IMG/VR virus record: IMGVR_UViG_3300037067_021792
DNA: 64,000 bases
Source of the DNA: a virus
Taxonomy: Duplodnaviria; Caudoviricetes
Strand: one strand, 5' to 3'
The stretch's first letter is position 1. Each line of letters begins with the position of its first letter. The notes under the pieces are model-generated. The model ran no database searches. It was given only the letters and a program-made list of their open reading frames with translations, and had not been told where the DNA came from. Below, in pieces: positions 12,101 to 22,400 of the stretch. A program made the translations under genes and the position numbers.

Positions 12101-15100
12101 GCTCGGGTATATATAATATAAGATTTAATAATATTCACCTGCCTACTACTCCTGCGGCAGATTATAGAGTGTATCTACATTTTGATATACCTGTATTATT
12201 ACAGGATAAAAAGTTTGTTGCCGCTTCAATATATGTTAATCGAACAACATCACAATATAGTATTCCGGTTTACAACGCGTCTCACGATCTTCATCCATGC
12301 GGATCTGTCTCAGACTTTATTCCATTTGCAATTAATCCAGTTATATATGTATCCAATCAGATCGGATGGGCACATGGAGATATTTTGCCGCTATTTTCTG
12401 AGAATATTCTAAACGAATATACATTTGCTCTAAAATCAACAGTTGCAGACGGACAGAATGATTATATCAACAGCATTGATACTGGTTTTATCCCATATTT
12501 AAACATTGATTGGGCAACAGCAGTTCCAAATCTAATGGGAGGGGTATCTTGGTCTGCATCTGGTTGGGAAATCAATGTAGAAGAAAGATCTCCAGATATT
12601 TCAGACCTAATAAATACCTGGTTAAGTTATCAAGATGTCGGGTATGTTGGTGGTAATTATATTGGTCTGGAAATTGGAGGGCAAGCAAGCAATACAGAAT
12701 TACAAACCTGTTATGCCTGGGATGACGGAAGCGGAAAACAAGCACAATTAGTGGTAGAGTATGGAGATACAGTCCCCGATGTGACATCGATGTCTGTTCT
12801 ATGGACCCCAAACGACGAGTGGAGTTTAGGAGAAGACATAGAAAGTGTGGATATTTCGTCTTTAATACAATCATATATTAGCAGGCCCGGGTATACAGCA
12901 TCTGGCAAATACATTGGCCTTGTTATTAAAAATGAGCTAAGTTTTACAAAGAAAGAGATAGACTCTTATGACGCATCTTATGGAACAGGCACAGAATTAG
13001 AGATTAAATATGTTATAAATACTGTTCCAGAAACAACCTCTAATTCTGTCATTTGGTCACCGGGTTCTTGGGAATTGGGGGTCGAAGAAGAATCTCCAGA
13101 CATATCATCGCTCGTTCAGGAATTTATTGACAGGAGCGGATATATAGAAAACAACCATATAGGCATTAAAATAGAAGAGAACGGAAGTTTTGGATACAGG
13201 GATATAGTGGCATATGATGATCCATATCTCAATAGTGTTAGTTTAGATGTTTTATATGCCGCTCCGTTATCTTGGACATTCACTTTAAATTCTATCAGTC
13301 CTCCAAGGGTTTGTTTGATGGATGGCGATACCTTCAATGGCAGTTTAAGTTTAACTCCTACTATCCGGGTAGACCAGTCGGGTTCTGTTGTATCACAGAT
13401 TCCGTTACCGATTGATTATGAAACAAATAATGCATATTTTATCCAAGTAGTAGCTACAACTGATGAAGGAAATTCAGTCGAATTTGATCAAAAACTCAGT
13501 GCATCTTGTTTAGAATGCAAACATTTGTCTCAAAATATCTGGGAACACGATTCCTGCTCTGTTAATATATTGATTAGCAATACCACTTCACAGTCTATGT
13601 CTTATAACTTTAAAATAAAATTCTATTCAGACCACAATAGACAAAAATTGATGTATGAAATTTCTAGTCTAGATAATCTTGAGTATTTTACCGTAGGAGA
13701 GAATGTTCCAGCATCTGAGCAGTGGGGCACAAATGGTCTGGATTTAGCGCAGGGAGAAGATTTTAATGTTACAGCCTGGCCAATGTTAGATAAGAACAAC
13801 GGGCTATTATGTGGTATACCGTACTATTTAGAAGTATATTATTGTTCTTCTCTAGTGCCGGATTACCATCTGTTATCAATACAGGATTGGATGTGCGAGT
13901 GCAGGTCCGAAAGGTGGACATGGATGCCAGATCATTCCGTAAAACCTCTAGGCGAAACGGCCCGGTGGCAGTGCAGCGGAGAGGGATTATCTGATATTAG
14001 GCTTACCGAAAGCATATCCAATAATCTCAATCCATCTATTATAGTGCGAAATGATTATACTGGCATTATATTATATGAAAGTAATAGACCGAAAATATTT
14101 TCTCCTAATAATACGATTGATTATGAATATAAGATTTATTGTTCGGTGTTTTCGGTTAGTCCCAATCGGCACATGTATGCGTCATCGGTAAGAAGCATAT
14201 TATCTTCGTTCTCCTATCTTATTTACAAATCAGACGTAGAATTGTGTCCGGGTCTACCATCCGAGTGTTATGATAGTAATGGAAATCGTCGGGTAATCTA
14301 TGGAAATAATGTTTCAGCAAGTGTAGACCAATTTGATAATCTATTTGTTGCCATTGAAAAACATGAAGAACCATCTGAGTGTGATATGTTTACTAAAGGA
14401 AAAGAAAAACATATAATTGTTCATAGATGCGGAATTCTAACATCAGAATTTTTATTCGATGATTTTATAGAAGAAAAACCTCAAAAGCAAACCTGCTCAT
14501 CTGATAATATTTTGAAAAAAATATACACCGTAGATGATGCTGTGTTTAATAAAACAATAAAATTAATTCGAGTTAAAAGTGAATTTGTTAAATATCACAT
14601 CACATATGCAAAAGAAAATTGTGCAGTTGTAAATCAGTGTAACATAGAATTTGAGGTTATCGGAGCACCCGAATCATCTGCTATTCAACTAAAGAATTCC
14701 GATTCCGATGTCTGGTCATCATGGATGCCCTTTAGCCCTACCATTGGAGAAAATTCCCTTAATATTAAATGGAGTTTATCCGCAGGCAGCGGTATTAAAC
14801 AAATACAATTTCAAGTTGCAACTGTAGCTGGGGTTACTGGAACGACATCGTTGAATATCATTGCTGATTATGATCCGATATCTTACTCGGTGGTGTTCTA
14901 TGGAGCTTCAGAAATAGCGCCAGACACTATGACTAATGAGGAAATCGTATCTACGATTATAAATAAGGGAGATTTATGGAAGCAAGAAAACCGACTTACT
15001 AATTTTAACGATATTCCCGTCGCGTCAGTCGGAGTAACTGTTGAATCAGTGTGGATTGATGAGTATGGAAACGAAGTTCCCGAAGGACAAGGAACGGAGG

Positions 15101-15636
15101 TTTTCAGACCTATTGAATTAAGTTCAACCTACGCACTTATTGAAATAATACCTGATATAAAATATGTGTCCCAATTTAACAGCATTTCGGATGATATTAA
15201 ATCTCAAGGGAGCGGAGAAGGGTGCATTGCGCCGACATTTGATTTTATTCATCAGGGCAGCCAAAGCTATTATAACCAGAAAACATGGTGGTCCAGGAAC
15301 AGCGACAATCAGGAAGTGTTTAGGAGTTACATACAAATTAACAAGGATGACGATTGGGGGTATAAAGATGGATTAGCAACTATTAGACCGCATTTCAAAA
15401 ATGACTGCTCAGATTCCGGATCCGTGTCTGGAATTTGTTCTGGAAATACTACCGTATTTAGTAGAAATGAAATTAATCAACTTACAACAGAAAAAACATC
15501 ATCTCAAAATCCATCTGATATTTGGAGTGAAAATAGAAATAATGTCGGTTTAATTCAATATCCAATCGTTATAAGGCCGGTAGGAGATGACCCATATTTG
15601 ATATTCGGTGATCCAAATTATTATGATCCAAATTGA
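6115..15636 (+). CDS. Giant multidomain putative virion protein (3173 aa): degenerate CCA/PAP nucleotidyltransferase-like head, Cys-rich segments, VWA, beta-propeller blades, nested DNRLRE-like domains, Ig-like modules
   Basis: 9.5-kb ORF whose GTG directly follows the upstream TAA. VWA MIDAS motif VLDFSGS...LIGDEP (~7537-8060). Propeller blades HLAWQSNRDNRWEIYY and IVWQDDRYGNYEI. Repeated YLRF.I.IP....I.S..L and SPDIS.L.Q.F halves (11209-13263). No signal peptide. Confidence 0.85.
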   Translation: MELPKDIQHIISTVSNAAQRCGTSAYLSGDYAKLVITDRITPNPKNSIDFILINSSELSIPTFYSYISEKITINSEIKNSEEVYSVISYPYILNFFIRNSICDENQRFSIDNIYYDISKEIVIGNKSEIISDPIVLNYVGIENFGMDDVIDLVLKISNLGKCEIRNLDSLKNIKLSDLKYGLGNSKLDIVVDILLTNNPGTAIKFIESTFKDGKQWMVENLLSSMAALEIPISEDIDLKDIFSDKKIELINIYNEFFLSKNSSYETPEERKLRLATTLKLLFDSPSLVVDIPYIDRISVAISKHLQDGKIQMFEIPGDCEYPPCPTCDPTQCGETGPSCCCCSSVDIVDQVQLECHHKVVISCDSTGTKPGPNDDPFPAGCSRCLESCSGVLGVPGYTDFCSGDLPSWWFLIPPVPCQCECAIPGSPDCNLTCMYCKGDNTRCRSLVSIQPYDCNYVVSLTPGPECCGAPAFINWMFVLDFSGSMSGKIDEIINEIGILTQKLEDTAATANFACTMFGYNIPGSDAIPIVIIEWTSDAKSFTDNLQIQKNKFLGGSIEYDLLAVSKSITEIEWPQASSSFIFLIGDEPTQDPSRIDDRLSGVIQLCNFKNITVHVADIYSEHRQKLVSSTGGQRFNISESFSNIVDSLNLAAFPTSCDCLDLNPIPVYLNTPECECPQDPTGVYCRDHPEVQGLENWSEKCMSIPIEKCTSGETCNCDWPISLFVCGTSIQITPTSVNQVCCGELEGFNCDCPSVTDPRVCCGVDCQPLCDPIEPKSVYNTLSDAQQSIWFNCTQEAAYAIDESCYAFADGKGGFYQKCKDEVYSEIESAFSQCFEGPDIPEGEKVPWTCMAAKCLADESIPDISLDCVSTQHPDVTVLNNGIGIVCYESLDEDKAPVIKIAQFKTSVDYVLLSNREFNFGRLQNNKNWSNGKAKLYYYDDLPIEILQGSSTTEINPDGSEWKDAIGFSSGPLQGQCFPLGKTEIGVPYGEDENGRFLIFITTNSILSSEFPSDDDIYNIKWFLWDVQSAGKKIGDASATGGQNAQSYPYSRFLFDNSGVVNNILSGERVTSHIYNGTAAPVSNPRIVTLCNYTSQPYENSQVLYFTYQALEDNRWKVYLKQLRLSEYKKDDQIIESIQQNTLIKLSSLGITDLIYRIVCVNDKCTDIGESKFLLEKIVTFEVLTTDGREVLNPQFSSTTETWGSLCSGVPEFEFPKRKLFTKFTHSLTTDKCPDEFGFKDLFQNWTAGQEYIVPFTVVSSQSLWNFIKRTSDLAIEPGQYSNLVISGINVNLSTISSIWYENKTDSEWSVISESDLSDMMSYKGMDISEPILISVDESGNCTNPVIKTDSNNDVFIAYEHTDINGLHNIKLVGTCQPVNILPAGIYRGKDIESSLDYFISYADFVYKCDITSTGDGVNQLPDMFIDLNNVIHLAWQSNRDNRWEIYYCNSNSLFAPQRITNHYGKSIKPKISGNKFGYLFIVWQDDRYGNYEILMSYNATQRIKPLYQQDPYLASLRNTGWAHTTDDIQFSITNNLNYPTCYNNIIVKFYNDRFLSDLAFELPASEYPFAFNLKDAQDINSKNLDDISQWNTIENFEFSDTYILDRIEYQSTSKEIDAFIDNSAILSVVIPNLGNGWHLVSINIRASNTAGQSGGWSTNIDISGLSGQTLVLDYLSILGRYQQVKISYYRDINSKNYTLIDYDDDAILENKSSWDNNQPYIKFGMDSVSFDSYLRFKIDIPSGQKIIESSLKFLPYSSQATTVNALIKLLDNNNADSFPDTMIKNMVVSDSRDDAEVHNRFWTSDGDTIGIGYDGYTGDSYDAYFRFPIDIPSNASIISAKLKMRSASDSLGGTNFRISLIDTNDQSEFSSSSRIITPVSSSKSDTWGHNGELTTDQSASKFLYFGNGSGVTYQSYFRFLLNVPKTEIVSNAYLLLTPYTTNSQLCSSIIKLASVKNISEFNETGTAVVNASADANYLWSGWSSPLIGGPAQVVCSGIYNIRFNNIHLPTTPAADYRVYLHFDIPVLLQDKKFVAASIYVNRTTSQYSIPVYNASHDLHPCGSVSDFIPFAINPVIYVSNQIGWAHGDILPLFSENILNEYTFALKSTVADGQNDYINSIDTGFIPYLNIDWATAVPNLMGGVSWSASGWEINVEERSPDISDLINTWLSYQDVGYVGGNYIGLEIGGQASNTELQTCYAWDDGSGKQAQLVVEYGDTVPDVTSMSVLWTPNDEWSLGEDIESVDISSLIQSYISRPGYTASGKYIGLVIKNELSFTKKEIDSYDASYGTGTELEIKYVINTVPETTSNSVIWSPGSWELGVEEESPDISSLVQEFIDRSGYIENNHIGIKIEENGSFGYRDIVAYDDPYLNSVSLDVLYAAPLSWTFTLNSISPPRVCLMDGDTFNGSLSLTPTIRVDQSGSVVSQIPLPIDYETNNAYFIQVVATTDEGNSVEFDQKLSASCLECKHLSQNIWEHDSCSVNILISNTTSQSMSYNFKIKFYSDHNRQKLMYEISSLDNLEYFTVGENVPASEQWGTNGLDLAQGEDFNVTAWPMLDKNNGLLCGIPYYLEVYYCSSLVPDYHLLSIQDWMCECRSERWTWMPDHSVKPLGETARWQCSGEGLSDIRLTESISNNLNPSIIVRNDYTGIILYESNRPKIFSPNNTIDYEYKIYCSVFSVSPNRHMYASSVRSILSSFSYLIYKSDVELCPGLPSECYDSNGNRRVIYGNNVSASVDQFDNLFVAIEKHEEPSECDMFTKGKEKHIIVHRCGILTSEFLFDDFIEEKPQKQTCSSDNILKKIYTVDDAVFNKTIKLIRVKSEFVKYHITYAKENCAVVNQCNIEFEVIGAPESSAIQLKNSDSDVWSSWMPFSPTIGENSLNIKWSLSAGSGIKQIQFQVATVAGVTGTTSLNIIADYDPISYSVVFYGASEIAPDTMTNEEIVSTIINKGDLWKQENRLTNFNDIPVASVGVTVESVWIDEYGNEVPEGQGTEVFRPIELSSTYALIEIIPDIKYVSQFNSISDDIKSQGSGEGCIAPTFDFIHQGSQSYYNQKTWWSRNSDNQEVFRSYIQINKDDDWGYKDGLATIRPHFKNDCSDSGSVSGICSGNTTVFSRNEINQLTTEKTSSQNPSDIWSENRNNVGLIQYPIVIRPVGDDPYLIFGDPNYYDPN
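11209..13263 (+). repeat. Nested (A1-A2-A3-D-B3-B2-B1) protein domain repeat
   Basis: Three ~85-90-aa N-half repeats (D..../Y.RF...IP....I.SA.L) are followed by one whole related domain and then three ~83-aa C-half repeats (VP.....V.W....W.....S.DIS.L.......GY....IG........D......L...Y). Confidence 0.75.
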
Positions 15637-16417
15637 ATTTAAAATTAATAAATGTTCTAACGATAGCATTATTGAGATTAGAGCATGTCTGTACTGTCCA
15701 TTAGAATACAGCTCTATTGAGATAATGTTCAGAAGAAATAACGATATAATTCCAATTATAGATTCTTCTGCTGGGTATATCTTAGGTCATCGCGTTATTG
15801 TTAATCAAAAAATTAAGGTCATTGCAATAAATATATACAATGATAGTTGTGATGATATATCATGTGTGGTGGAATATTTAAATCAAGGACAAATGATTCA
15901 CTACGATTACAGTATTATCAAATTAAATACTAGAGATAATTTAAATCCAGAAATTAGATCAGATAAAATACCTATAGGATATTCTTCTTTAAAATTGCCA
16001 TCTAAAATAAAAATTCGTGTTTTTGACGATATAGTATTGAATTTATTATGCCCATCAGATTCATTTGTGGCATCGTTCGGAGATATGTCTAATGCTATAA
16101 CCAAAACAGATATAATTTTTTATGTATACAAAAATGCCAAAACAGTGACAATACCAAAGGAAGTAGTATGGATAAATTACAATAATTATATCGGCTCGGA
16201 ATTAAGATGTTGTGAATTGGTGAGATCGGTATCTCATAGTGTTAATATATTACATAAAGTCGAAATATCTGATATAATTAGTTTATCTGACATTCCATCC
16301 AAAAAACCGGTTAATCTAACAGATTTTAGAACGCCGACCAAGCAAATGTTTGACTGGGACGAATGGAAATTAAGCGATTTATCATTATTGCCTGTGTACA
16401 AGGCTAAAAGTCAATGA
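15623..16417 (+). CDS. Hypothetical protein (~264 aa); paralog of 4972-6114, directly upstream of the second giant protein
   Basis: ATG 15623 overlaps the end of the upstream gene (ORF track start is 15608); ATGA overlap with the next gene; shares motifs with 4972-6114. Confidence 0.7.
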   Translation: MIQIEFKINKCSNDSIIEIRACLYCPLEYSSIEIMFRRNNDIIPIIDSSAGYILGHRVIVNQKIKVIAINIYNDSCDDISCVVEYLNQGQMIHYDYSIIKLNTRDNLNPEIRSDKIPIGYSSLKLPSKIKIRVFDDIVLNLLCPSDSFVASFGDMSNAITKTDIIFYVYKNAKTVTIPKEVVWINYNNYIGSELRCCELVRSVSHSVNILHKVEISDIISLSDIPSKKPVNLTDFRTPTKQMFDWDEWKLSDLSLLPVYKAKSQ

Positions 16418-19400
16418 TTATGGAAAACATTAATTGCTGTCTGGGACCATATGCAATTTATTCTCCCGATTTTCCAGGAGAGACAGGGCCAGTTTTTGTA
16501 GATACCACAAAAACCAGATTAATATCTATTATATATCACAGTGGTCAATGTATCGTTCCTCCGACAGTTGATGCTAAGGTAGTTCACGAAAAAATAATCA
16601 ATGGGTATACAGCCAGATGGTATGAGTGCCCTAATGATTTTGGCCGAATTTATACTGTAATCCCAACTGCTTGTGACATATCAATTTCCTTATTTGAGAA
16701 TGGTTTTAACAAAATTGGGGAGTGTGATGCCTCAGAATACGGTGTATTTACGTACTGTTTCGGAAAATCTTATATATTAGACACAGACCTAGATAAGTGT
16801 ACTGCTGAATTCATAATAGATGATCATAAGTTTGTTGTAACGGGCACCCCATCGAATACTGATTTGTTCGACTGTAGTAATTGTTGGGGAAACGTGCAAG
16901 TATTTTCCGGTGGAGGTGGCAGTGGTTCTGGACAAAATGCTCTTCCGGATATCCCCGATACAAATGTTCCCAATTATCCTACGCAGAATGTTTTAGCCCC
17001 AACCGGTGATGACACCAACCAATGGAATGATGATTCTATTGGGTCGGCTGATTTAGACGACAACAGTCCGATGGGATGTGTTAAAATTCTAGAAATACAA
17101 AACAATGAGAAATGTGATAGTCTTAATAACCCAGCCATCTCCTCGTCCCCTTGGGGTTCGATTATAGTTGCACATGAAACAAGAAATAGTGATGGAAATA
17201 CCTATATTTCTGCAAAGGCATCTCCACTATTAAGCAATAGACAGATAATTTTTTATAGATACCTTAGTTATGGAACATTGGTAAACAATGAAGACCAGAG
17301 CACAACAAACAGAATTTTTGAAGTATATGAAGATTTGGTTTTAGGATCTAATGTTCCGTCTAAATGGCCACAAATTGAAGATTTGGAAATTGGGTTTATA
17401 ACCGGACCGCTAAAAGGAGAATCTTTATATTTAATTATAGACAAATCTAGAGTTCTAGATAATTTAACCGGAAAATATAAATGGATATTTACATTTAATA
17501 GTGACGGGAATAAAACTATATTCTCAGATTCAAATAATATATATGACATACAGTGGTTTTTGACTGCTCCTTCGGTTTCACAGATGTCTATAAATACCGC
17601 TGATAGTGTTCAATTGATGTCTACGTGCAACTGGTATAAACTATCAGATTATATAACCCCAACCAGTAAAATTGACGAATTTTTAGGGAATAGAATTAAA
17701 GTGAAAGGTGGCTATGGAAATCCAGTACCTGCCTATTATTTGAATGAAATTAAAATGACTATGGAATTTGAAGATCCATCAATTTTGATATACTGGTATG
17801 TAATGAAACAGGTCCAGACTAATCCTGTCAATGATAATTATTTCGAGACAATTGCAGAGATTATTACCCCGTCAGGGCTATATGGATTAGCAGAATACTC
17901 CAGCGGTCAAATTAATGTCAAGCTAGACGCCAGTAACACCTACGCGATAGGTGTTGCGTTTGATTCTGGACGAGGAGATACCGACAATAGGGTGATTGTT
18001 GGATCAAATAATGTTTCATATATGCAAGATTTCGGACCATTCTTACTTGAAGGTAAGTTTGAAACATCCTACATTCCTCCGGTTAATAGCAATAGCTCAG
18101 AATTCGGGCAATGGGATGTGAGCCCGACGACGGGAATGGCTTATAATATGGAGATATGCCTAAGTGAATCTGCTCCGTCTATTCCTGAAACCCCAGGACA
18201 CAATCCAGATAGCGAAATATTTGATTGTTCTACTAAAACATTTCGAATTGCGTCATCTGATGACGGACAAGAAGACAATAATTTATTTGCCGGAAATATT
18301 ATTACACTGAAGGATTGGTCTGATACTTTCTATTTAAAGGAAATAAGACAAAAAATTGAGGTACAGTATCCGGGCCAAAAGTTATATTTTACAGTTCATC
18401 AATACGACCATGCGTCTGGATTTAGTTGTGACCAGTCTCAATCTGCAACTCACACAGAATGCAATCCATTGCTATATAAAGAGATCATTCCCAGCGTGTT
18501 TGGTTCTCCATACTGGTACTCATCTGGAACTATTAATGTCAAATTAGAGCCTCCCGCATCTGGTTCTAGGAGATATATCATCGGTGTTTCTGTGAGATCC
18601 CCAAAAGTAAAATTTTATAAATCAAAAGTAAAACCTGAAGGTGGATATTCAAACATCGCTTTAAGAACATTTTTTGGATCAGTTGCATCAAATGATTACC
18701 ACATAATAGGACCGGTAAACAGAAGATCTTATATCAGAACGACAAGTACTTATGCATTTGCTCAGGAATTTTGTTTAACAAAAACTCAGGGTGGGTCGCT
18801 ATCTAGCTTGCCTGGTTCAATGGATGGGCACGATGGATATATCCCATTCTTACCTATAGATCATATTATATATCGAACTTCATCTAAAACTGGATCTATT
18901 TTTAATAAAATACGTGTCGGATACCCAGCAGAGTTGCGTGGAATTAGAACGATTAAAGAAGTAATTGTGAAATTGAATATCCCAAATGCAACAACAATAT
19001 ATTTTTACCTTGCTGATAGCAGTGGAAAAATTCTTAAATCTCATCCAGTTACAATATCCGAAATTGGAGAACAATATTGTTCTTCTGGTGAGATATCTTG
19101 GTCTGTAGGAAGTGAAAGCTCTGATATTTATTATTGGGTTGGAGTGGGCTATGCGTATTCCAGCTCTGGAGAAATATTTAGCGGTATTTGCGAAGAAACC
19201 AGTTCAAACGTAATGTGGACTCCATTTGGGAATTTAATAGGGGGAGGGTCTAGTTCGAATGTTCCTCCATATCCTGTGGAATCCACCATTTCTATTGGAA
19301 GTCCTGCACTAACTCGTGTGTATGACATCACATTGAGATGGGCAGACGCAAATGGAAATCTCCCACTACAAGGAGCATGCTGCAGTTCTGGTGGATGCCA

Positions 19401-22400
19401 GAATTTATTATCATCCGAGTGCTCAAGTATAAGTGGAGATTGGCAGGGCAGTACAACGAATTGTTATTCATTCAATTGTGGATCTTTAGTCGGGGCTTGC
19501 TGTTTACCAGATGGAACTTGTGTTAATAACAAAACTATCGTAGAATGCGAAAATTTAAATGGTATATGGCAAAATGGCGAGGATTGTGGCAGTGTGGATT
19601 GTGACATAGGTGCATGTTGCTTTAACAATTATAGTTGTTTAAATTTATCCAGTGGAGGATGTTCATCCCAGGGAGGAAATTTTCGCGGCGTGGGAACTAG
19701 TTGTGCGTCCGAAGAATGTGGCACATCTGCATGTTGCTTGTCTGATGAAACGTGTGTTGATATTACTAAAGAGAATTGTGATTCTCAATCAGGTGTATGG
19801 AGATCTGGATATACATGTTCTACGACTAGTTGCGTCCAATCGTTTACGGGTGCATGCTGCTATAACAATGGACAATGCATAAATTCTACAGAAGATGATT
19901 GTTTAAATGTATATCAGGGAAGCTTCCAGGGCATCGGAATATCTTGCGAGGAAATAGTTTGCTCTAAATCTGGCGCTTGCTGTCGGCCCGATAGTTCGTG
20001 TGTATTTACAAGTAAAACTTCCTGTGATCAACAGTCTGGCAGATATTTTGGAGACGGAGTAACATGTGAAAATTCGGATTGCTCCGAACCACATGGGGCG
20101 TGCTGTTTCTCAGATGGAACGTGTAATGATATTCCACTTACTAATTGCATTAATGCTGGGGGTATATATTGGGGAGATAACACTAATTGTGATGATATAT
20201 CAGTAAAATGCCAGGTCTCAACCAACGTCGGAGCGTGTTGCTATAAAGATGGATCATGTTGGCCTTCTACGGAGAATGATTGCAATGAAAGCGATGGGGA
20301 GTTCAAGGGTATAGGGGTATCTTGTGATGATGCCAACTGCAATATTAGGGTATTAGAAAATGACAATGTGTTTGATTTGCCCCAAACAGTATTCCCTGCC
20401 GCGAATCCAGATATAGCAGTATTTAATAACAATCTTATGATCGATCACTCCGAAATATCATATATTACATACCAAGTATATGAAGATAACCAATGGAACA
20501 TCTATCTGAGACAGTTCCGAAGGGTTCTACCAGATAGCACGTCTCCTTCATATGAATCCCCATTTGTATTTAGTAACCCATCATATGATCTTTATCCAAT
20601 TTCTGATAACATAAATGTTATATACGATTTGGTAAATTTATTTACTACCGATGACAATAAATGGAATGCAATTTTTAGGGTCTTTTTAGAAAATGGAAGA
20701 CAGGTTTTAAATTGCGATGGAGATATTAATGGGAACATAGAGCTAGACTCTGGACAAGAAGTGGATTCTGGTAGCGTTTGGGTAGAAGCAAGATATGATA
20801 TGTCAATCTGCTCAATAAATAGTGCACCGAAATGGAGTATAGGAGATAGATTTACCGGGGGACATCCTCCAGTAGCTAGTACATTTGGCGGATCAGACAC
20901 TGACGGTTGTACTGAAATTAATACGTATCCAAATGAGTCTAGATGGTGCTATCAAAAATCCGATTGTGAACAATACGGACTATACGATTCAGGCGTGTGC
21001 CCCACTCCATATATTTCCATAATATATAATCCGTCTGACATGTGGACTATAAGCACCGGGAATGATTTGGTAACCAGAGTCAAATACCAGATGGAGATAG
21101 ATACAGATCCAAGCACTACCCGGTCTTCCTTGGTTGAGCCTGAAGTTGATTTCATGTTTGTCGTAGATTATAGCATTAGTATGAGTGCTAAAATACAAGA
21201 GATTAGGTCAGCTTTGCCGGTTTTATCTCAATCCTTAAAACAATACGGAGTGAATGTCAAGTTTGGATTATGCATATTTTCTGGATCAAATAATTTAGTT
21301 CCAGACTCGATTACGTGCGGCGGGGAAATTTTTGATGGCCTATATGGTTTTAACGGAATTTATGGATTTACAGACAACATTCAAAATATATCAGATGCTA
21401 TGTCTCCATCATCCTGGAAAACATCTGATAACTCATCCGCTGGATATGTCGCAATACAGTATGCGCTAGATGATGCACATTTTTTGTGGAGACCTGATTC
21501 TGGCAAATTCATGTTAATTGCTACTGATACTAAACCAGACGAATACGCAAATGACTGTACTTACTTGAATAATTACAATTCTGCACTCAATGCATTATCA
21601 AACAAGAATTGTAAAATTTATATTGCAGCTTGTCAGTCTGAGACAGATTGTATTGATGATACATCTGATTATTTTGATATGGGAGTTGCATCGGGGTGGA
21701 ATAGTTCATCAATTTGTCCGGATTCTTCCCATCCGACAAACTGCGGATATTTTTATGTTGGCGGACCCTACTATAAAGTATTTGATAACATTGTCAATGA
21801 TATTATTACATCCATATCAAAGCCCAAAATAGTAGAACGAGACATTCCGGGATACTCTGCGACGTTCATTAAACCAGCAGAAATCATAATAACTTATAAA
21901 AATGACCTGACAGACATCTGGACATACGAGAAACATAAGTTGTCCTTTATAGATTCAGCACCTTCTTTATCTGGACACCTTAAGGGATTATCGTCCATGC
22001 CATATGATATCGAGAATGGAATGATCTATGGCGTAGATTCTGTTCATTTGGTAGGAAACACAAACAATTGGGTGTATTTTTCTGGATCTGGAAATGTGGA
22101 ATATGACTATCCTAATGTTGGAGCACCAACAAGAGACCAGTCGAATCCCAGATTGATATTTGAAAATGCTAAAAACCCCAAAATTGCTGTCAACAACAGA
22201 GGCAATGTATTCATTGTCTGCGAAAGCATGAACAGCGGGGTAGAACATATCGTAATTAAAGGCACTGGAGATTTTGCACAACAAACGGTTACTGGCGCTG
22301 ATCTACACAGATCTACTAAATTCTGGAAAACATCTGATTTTGTTTTCGAGCATAACATCACATTGCCAGGAGAAGGGGTAAATCAGCTATGTGACTTAAT

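Noticed and set aside
15609-15634. 11-bp direct repeat TGATCCAAATT with 15-bp period at a gene overlap
   Set aside because: Only two copies; explained by a small local duplication (DPNYYDPN) and too short to call functional.
19372-20340. CRISPR array or diversity-generating retroelement repeats in the periodic GACC region
   Set aside because: Periodicity is at the protein level with divergent codons; there are no identical DNA repeats, no adenine-specific TR/VR pair and no reverse transcriptase in the window.
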